Part shown: positions 58,879 through 63,018 of the stretch, in pieces
Layout of the letters: each line of letters begins with the position of its first letter
Numbering within the stretch: the first letter of the stretch is position 1
Assembly (NCBI GenBank): GCA_018433345.1
Contig: JAHDRK010000015.1
Coordinates: forward strand, 1 to 63,018
Origin: Syntrophobacterales bacterium
Lineage (GTDB): Bacteria > Desulfobacterota > Syntrophia > Syntrophales > UBA2210
Length of the DNA: 63,018 bases
Direction: 5' to 3'
Made by a program: the position numbers and the translations under genes
Notes under the pieces: generated by a model
Told to the model about the DNA's origin: nothing
Databases searched by the model: none
What the model saw: only the letters and a program-made list of their open reading frames with translations

Positions 58879-60080
58879 CCCAGCTTCCGCCTTTTCAGAA
58901 GCTCGACGACCCTGTCGAGTATTCGATCGGCCACTTCTTTTTTTTCCATAAGCGGCAGAGACTCCACACCCCCTTCAGGATCAAGGATCCGGACAGCGTT
59001 GGTGTCGTGTCGGAAACCTGCGCCGGGTTCGCTCAGATCATTGGCGACTATGATATCCATCTTTTTCTCGGCCATTTTTTTTCGTGCGTTTTCAAGAAGA
59101 TGCTCGGTTTCCATTGCAAAACCCACCAGGATTCTATGTCCTTTCAGGCGACCTACTTCCGCTATGATATCGGGATTCGGTTCAAGCTCCAATGTCAGTG
59201 CCTTGACTCCCTTTTTTATTTTTGATTGAGAAAAACCGGCCGGGCGGTAATCGGAAACAGCCGCCGCCTTGATGATAACTTGATGTCCCTCCAATCGGCT
59301 TAGAACCGCGTCTCTCATTTCGCGGGCGGTTATTACGCTCACGAGTTCCACGCCCGCTGGAACGGGTATCGATACCGGCCCGCTTATAAGTGTCACACAA
59401 GCCCCTCTCCGCTTGGCCATCAATGCCAAGGCGTATCCCATTTTCCCCGACGAGTGATTTGTTATGTACCGCACGGGATCCAGCGGTTCCTGGGTCGGCC
59501 CCGCCGTCACAAGTATGTTCACTCCCTCGAGATCTTTCTTTGTAAGGACCGTCTCGGCCGCTTCAACGATATCTTCAAGCGGCGGCAGTCGGCCCGAGCC
59601 ATGGGTCTTGCAGGCGAGCTCACCCTCTTTCGCCTCGAGTAGGTGATATCCTAATCCTTTCAGTTGGTCCATATTGCGCCGGACAACCGGGTTTTTATAC
59701 ATATCCGTGTTCATCGAGGGACAGATAAGGAGGGGTGATTTCAGGGCGATAACCGTGGTGCTGAGCAGATCGTCGGCGATCCCCCAGGCGATTTTTGCCA
59801 TTATGTTGGCCGTGGCCGGAGCGATTATGGTGATATCGGCCCATTCGGCCAGTGTTACGTGGGTGATGTCTCTTTCATAGGTAAGATCAAAGGTATCCCC
59901 GCACACCTTTTCTCCCGATAACGTCTCCAGCACCAGGGGTGTCACGAATCGGCTTCCATTTCGGGTCATGATCACCTTGACCCTGGAACCGGCCTTTACA
60001 AAGGCGCGGACCAATTCGGCCGTCTTGTAAGCTGCGATACCTCCGGTTACTCCCAGAAGAATGTGTTTGCCTCCCAGCAT
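58875..60080 (-). CDS. coaBC: Bifunctional phosphopantothenoylcysteine decarboxylase / phosphopantothenate-cysteine ligase
   Basis: ILLGVTGGIAAYK flavoprotein N-domain, PAMNT-like CPSMNTDM, and C-domain ITNHSSGKMG. Confidence 0.95.
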   Translation of the reverse strand: MLGGKHILLGVTGGIAAYKTAELVRAFVKAGSRVKVIMTRNGSRFVTPLVLETLSGEKVCGDTFDLTYERDITHVTLAEWADITIIAPATANIMAKIAWGIADDLLSTTVIALKSPLLICPSMNTDMYKNPVVRRNMDQLKGLGYHLLEAKEGELACKTHGSGRLPPLEDIVEAAETVLTKKDLEGVNILVTAGPTQEPLDPVRYITNHSSGKMGYALALMAKRRGACVTLISGPVSIPVPAGVELVSVITAREMRDAVLSRLEGHQVIIKAAAVSDYRPAGFSQSKIKKGVKALTLELEPNPDIIAEVGRLKGHRILVGFAMETEHLLENARKKMAEKKMDIIVANDLSEPGAGFRHDTNAVRILDPEGGVESLPLMEKKEVADRILDRVVELLKRRKLG

Positions 60081-60092
60081 GCCGGGCCCCCT

Positions 60093-60791
60093 TCAGACAA
60101 GACCACCGGAACAAAGCTGCCCGATGCTCCAATTAATAAAACATACTCCGAATATCAACAGAAGTAAAGAACATGCCACCAGGATACCCTTGTATACCCG
60201 ACCCCTGATTCGGTGCGCCTCATGGGATATGAAGAACGAAATACCTCCGTACCAGGTCAGATCTGCCAGGATGTGACCGACAAAAAACAATATGACTCCC
60301 GGGGCACCGAAACCCATGGATATATGGACATAGGCCAGCCCCACGGTCACCCACCATATAAACCAGTAAGGGTTGGAAATACTTGTCAAAATACCCAGAG
60401 CGACCAGGCGCCCGGATGAAGAGGCGTCACCTGGATGATAAAATTGCACCCCCTCTCGGAGGGGTCCGCTGTTTTCGGGGATTCTAAATGAATTTCGCAG
60501 CATTGCCAGTGCCATTGATACGAGAAATAGGCCACCGCCCATTCCGAGTATCGCAGGTATGAGAGGATTGGAAAGGAACTTGCTTAGACCGAGAAAAAAA
60601 AAGACGAGGAGGCCGGCCTCGAGTATCCCATGGCCCAGAATAATGACAGGACCTGCCCAGAATCCCCGTCTCATTGTTTCTGCGACCGTGAGGGAAAGCA
60701 CCGGACCGGGTGCCGCTGCGCCGGAAAAGGCTACGACGAAGGATGAAAGAAATATCCCTCCAAGTGCGAGCATAACCGATGTTTCCTCCAT
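60093..60791 (-). CDS. LysE/RhtB-family amino-acid exporter
   Basis: 232 aa with six TM helices. AAPGPVL near the N-terminus and NPYWFIWW are typical of the LysE superfamily. Confidence 0.75.
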   Translation of the reverse strand: MEETSVMLALGGIFLSSFVVAFSGAAAPGPVLSLTVAETMRRGFWAGPVIILGHGILEAGLLVFFFLGLSKFLSNPLIPAILGMGGGLFLVSMALAMLRNSFRIPENSGPLREGVQFYHPGDASSSGRLVALGILTSISNPYWFIWWVTVGLAYVHISMGFGAPGVILFFVGHILADLTWYGGISFFISHEAHRIRGRVYKGILVACSLLLLIFGVCFINWSIGQLCSGGLV

Positions 60792-60971
60792 GTCCGGTCT
60801 CCGTCACGCAATCGCACGAAACACTAGCAGGGATGATGAACACCGTCAACATAAACAAACTCCATCGGGATAGCTGTAGGCTGCTTTTGTGATTACCCTT
60901 GCTTTTTGATACTCCTTCACTATACTGCCCTAATAAACCAAGAAAAGGATAACGAAAAGGATAGTGATTCG

Positions 60972-62297
60972 ATGAAAAACATAGCAAGATACGGCATTGG
61001 ACTTGCTGTTATTGTGCTGGTGGCCTTGGCGACTTGGCAGGGCATGATTTATTTCGAGGGGAAAAAACCCGCAATAATTCTCCAAGACGACGTGCGGTAC
61101 GTGGGGTCCAAAACCACACTGTCCGTTACCTTCAGCGACGAGGGCCGCGGTCTCAAGCAGGTCGTTGCCTTTGTAGAGCAGAACGATGAACGACAGTTTC
61201 TGGGAGGAATGAACTTTCCCACACCCGGAGAAAGGCGGAGAACTCTCAACCTGGATTTCGATCAGGCCCAATCGGTCCTTAAAGAAGGCCCGGCGCGGCT
61301 CGTGTTTTCCGCGCTCGACCATTCATTGAGAAAAAACGAGACCACACTTGTAATCGATGTCGAAATCGACCGCACGCCGCCCCGCATATCTACACTCACA
61401 TCAGCGCATTACATCAACCCGGGAGGTTCGTGTCTCGTCGTTTACCAACTATCCGAACCTGTCGACAAAACGGGGGTCCTTGTGAATGACGTCTTTTATC
61501 CCGGTTACCCTTACAATGTAGAGGAAAACCAACCTCGATACGCCGTTCTTTTCGGGATACCCCTCAACGCCTCCAAGGACGACAGGAGGCTGGGAATCAC
61601 CGCCCGCGACAAGGCGGGCAACGAAACCTACAACACCTTTCCACATCACATACGATCGTCGAGATTTCGCGAAAGAACACTTGTCCTGGACGACAATTTT
61701 CTCGAGAACGTCGTGCCGGAGTTTCAAAGCGCCATTCCTCGACTGCGTGACCAAAAGCCGATCGACGCCTTTATATACATCAACGATGTCATCCGCAACG
61801 AAAACGACAATAAAATAAAGGAGATTTGTTCGAAAAGCGAACCTCGAAAACTCTGGGACGGAAGATTCTTACGCATGAGTGGTTCTCCCATGGCGGGCTT
61901 CGGTGATTTCAGAACCTATATCTACAACGGAGAACCTGTCGCAACGAGCCTTCACGAAGGAGTGGACATAGCATCAACTGTCAACGCCGTCGTAAAAGCC
62001 GCCAATAACGGTAAGGTTGTTTACACCGGGTATCTGGGAATCTACGGCAACATGGTTATCATCGACCACGGCCTCGGACTGTTCAGTCAGTACGCCCACC
62101 TTTCATCCATAGATGTTGCCGAGGGAGCGTCGGTAATGAAGGACGAGCCCATCGGAAGGACGGGCGCGACGGGGCTTGCCGGCGGAGATCATCTTCATTT
62201 CGGAATCTACTTGGCCAGGCAGTTTGTAAACCCGGTGGAATGGTGGGACCAGGGGTGGATAGAGGACAACATCCTGAGCAAGGCTTCCCTGCCCTGA
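60972..62297 (+). CDS. M23-family metallopeptidase (membrane-anchored)
   Basis: ATG at 60972 followed by a TM helix (IGLAVIVLVALATW). C-terminal LytM motifs HEGVDIA and GDHLHFG. Confidence 0.9.
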   Translation: MKNIARYGIGLAVIVLVALATWQGMIYFEGKKPAIILQDDVRYVGSKTTLSVTFSDEGRGLKQVVAFVEQNDERQFLGGMNFPTPGERRRTLNLDFDQAQSVLKEGPARLVFSALDHSLRKNETTLVIDVEIDRTPPRISTLTSAHYINPGGSCLVVYQLSEPVDKTGVLVNDVFYPGYPYNVEENQPRYAVLFGIPLNASKDDRRLGITARDKAGNETYNTFPHHIRSSRFRERTLVLDDNFLENVVPEFQSAIPRLRDQKPIDAFIYINDVIRNENDNKIKEICSKSEPRKLWDGRFLRMSGSPMAGFGDFRTYIYNGEPVATSLHEGVDIASTVNAVVKAANNGKVVYTGYLGIYGNMVIIDHGLGLFSQYAHLSSIDVAEGASVMKDEPIGRTGATGLAGGDHLHFGIYLARQFVNPVEWWDQGWIEDNILSKASLP

Positions 62298-62326
62298 GCC
62301 GTCGGGCCCCGAACAACAATGTTCCC

Positions 62327-63018
62327 TCAACCACGGTCGATGTCGCGGTGGGTTACGTGCACAGAGTAACCCTGTCGCTTGATGAAATCGGATAAATGCT
62401 CCGTAACCACAACCGACCGGTGTTTCCCCCCCGTGCATCCCGACGCGATGTTCAGGTAGGCCTTGCCCTCCTTGACAAAGAGGGGCATAAGAAAAGAAAG
62501 CATGTCACACAGCTTATCCAGGAACGCCTTCGTTTCATCCCATTTCATGACATAATCTTCAACATCCTTGTGGATCCCTGTCATGTTCTTCAAGGAGTTC
62601 ACAAAAAAGGGATTGGGCAAGAATCGTACGTCAAACACAAGGTCCGCGTCCGGAGGCAACCCATAGCGATATCCGAAGGACATGAGGTTAACCACCAACT
62701 TCACGCCATCCCCGGGGCTGATATAGATTCTCTGGATCAAATCCTTCAGCTGGTGAACGTTGTATAGCGAAGTATCGATGACATTATCGGCAATGTCCCT
62801 TACCGACGCAAGTTGCTCACGTTCGGCCCTGATACTTTCAAGAACGGTCTTTCCCGCTGAGAGGGGATGCGACCGCCGGGTTTCACTGAAACGATTTAGA
62901 AGACATTCGTCACCTGCATCGAGAAAGAGAACTTCGATGTTGTAATGTTGTTTTTTGAGCTTGGTGATGGTGTTGATGAACGTTTCGGGAAAATTTTTTT
63001 CCCTTAGATCCATAACCA
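62327..63018 (-). CDS. rapZ: RNase adapter / nucleotide-binding protein RapZ (partial; N-terminus outside the window)
   Basis: LFLDAGDECLLNRFSETRRSHPL, FDVRFLPNPF and GCTGGKHRSV. The ORF runs off the right edge of the window. Confidence 0.9.
   Translation of the reverse strand, partial: VMDLREKNFPETFINTITKLKKQHYNIEVLFLDAGDECLLNRFSETRRSHPLSAGKTVLESIRAEREQLASVRDIADNVIDTSLYNVHQLKDLIQRIYISPGDGVKLVVNLMSFGYRYGLPPDADLVFDVRFLPNPFFVNSLKNMTGIHKDVEDYVMKWDETKAFLDKLCDMLSFLMPLFVKEGKAYLNIASGCTGGKHRSVVVTEHLSDFIKRQGYSVHVTHRDIDRG

Noticed and set aside
1-63018. Searched by eye for CRISPR-like spaced repeats, IS/transposase, integrase, phage, toxin-antitoxin and defence-island genes, and for TGGCAC-N5-TTGC sigma-54 promoters.
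   Set aside because: None were found. The TGGCAC occurrences (e.g. 2881, 12345, 22446, 47766) are inside coding regions and lack a TTGC at the right spacing. The window looks like core genome rather than an accessory island.

Overview
This is a gene-dense, mostly housekeeping chromosomal segment with about 57 protein-coding genes and 2 tRNAs (Gln-UUG, Met-CAU). I saw no rRNA, CRISPR array, transposase, integrase or phage genes. GC content looks moderate but was not computed.

Gene content suggests an anaerobic deltaproteobacterium, possibly Syntrophus/Syntrophales-like. The relevant genes are a membrane pyrophosphatase, an acyl-CoA dehydrogenase with a 3-hydroxyacyl-CoA dehydrogenase and a family III CoA-transferase, tandem PilT ATPases, RpoH, DUF1844-ispE, and the order ispE / tRNA-Gln / prs / ctc / pth. 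The taxonomic assignment is inference only.

Clear core genes are polA, coaE, pilT, ihfA, purB, an EF-G paralog, hppA, pth, rplY, prs, ispE, clpB, rpoH, dnaB, rplI, rpsR, rpsF, hrpA, coaBC and a partial rapZ.

I did not find an unambiguous new system. The best leads are:
1. A compact cassette of GH130, a GT4 fused to a PMI-type cupin, and a second GH130, preceded by a frame-broken glycosyltransferase.
2. A soluble diadenylate-cyclase-domain protein with a non-CdaA, non-DisA N-terminal domain and an RHI variant of the RHR motif. It sits 48 nt upstream of clpB and is divergent from rpoH.
3. A 508-nt ORF-free convergent spacer carrying three consecutive hairpins, the last a perfect intrinsic terminator. 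This is a candidate small RNA.
4. A pilT / pilT-like / pseudo-receiver operon.
5. An ABC-2 / GldG / DUF4340 operon with an orphan 113-aa gene.
6. An attenuator-like pair of mutually exclusive hairpins in the rpsF leader.

All family assignments come from reading motifs by eye; no database search was run.
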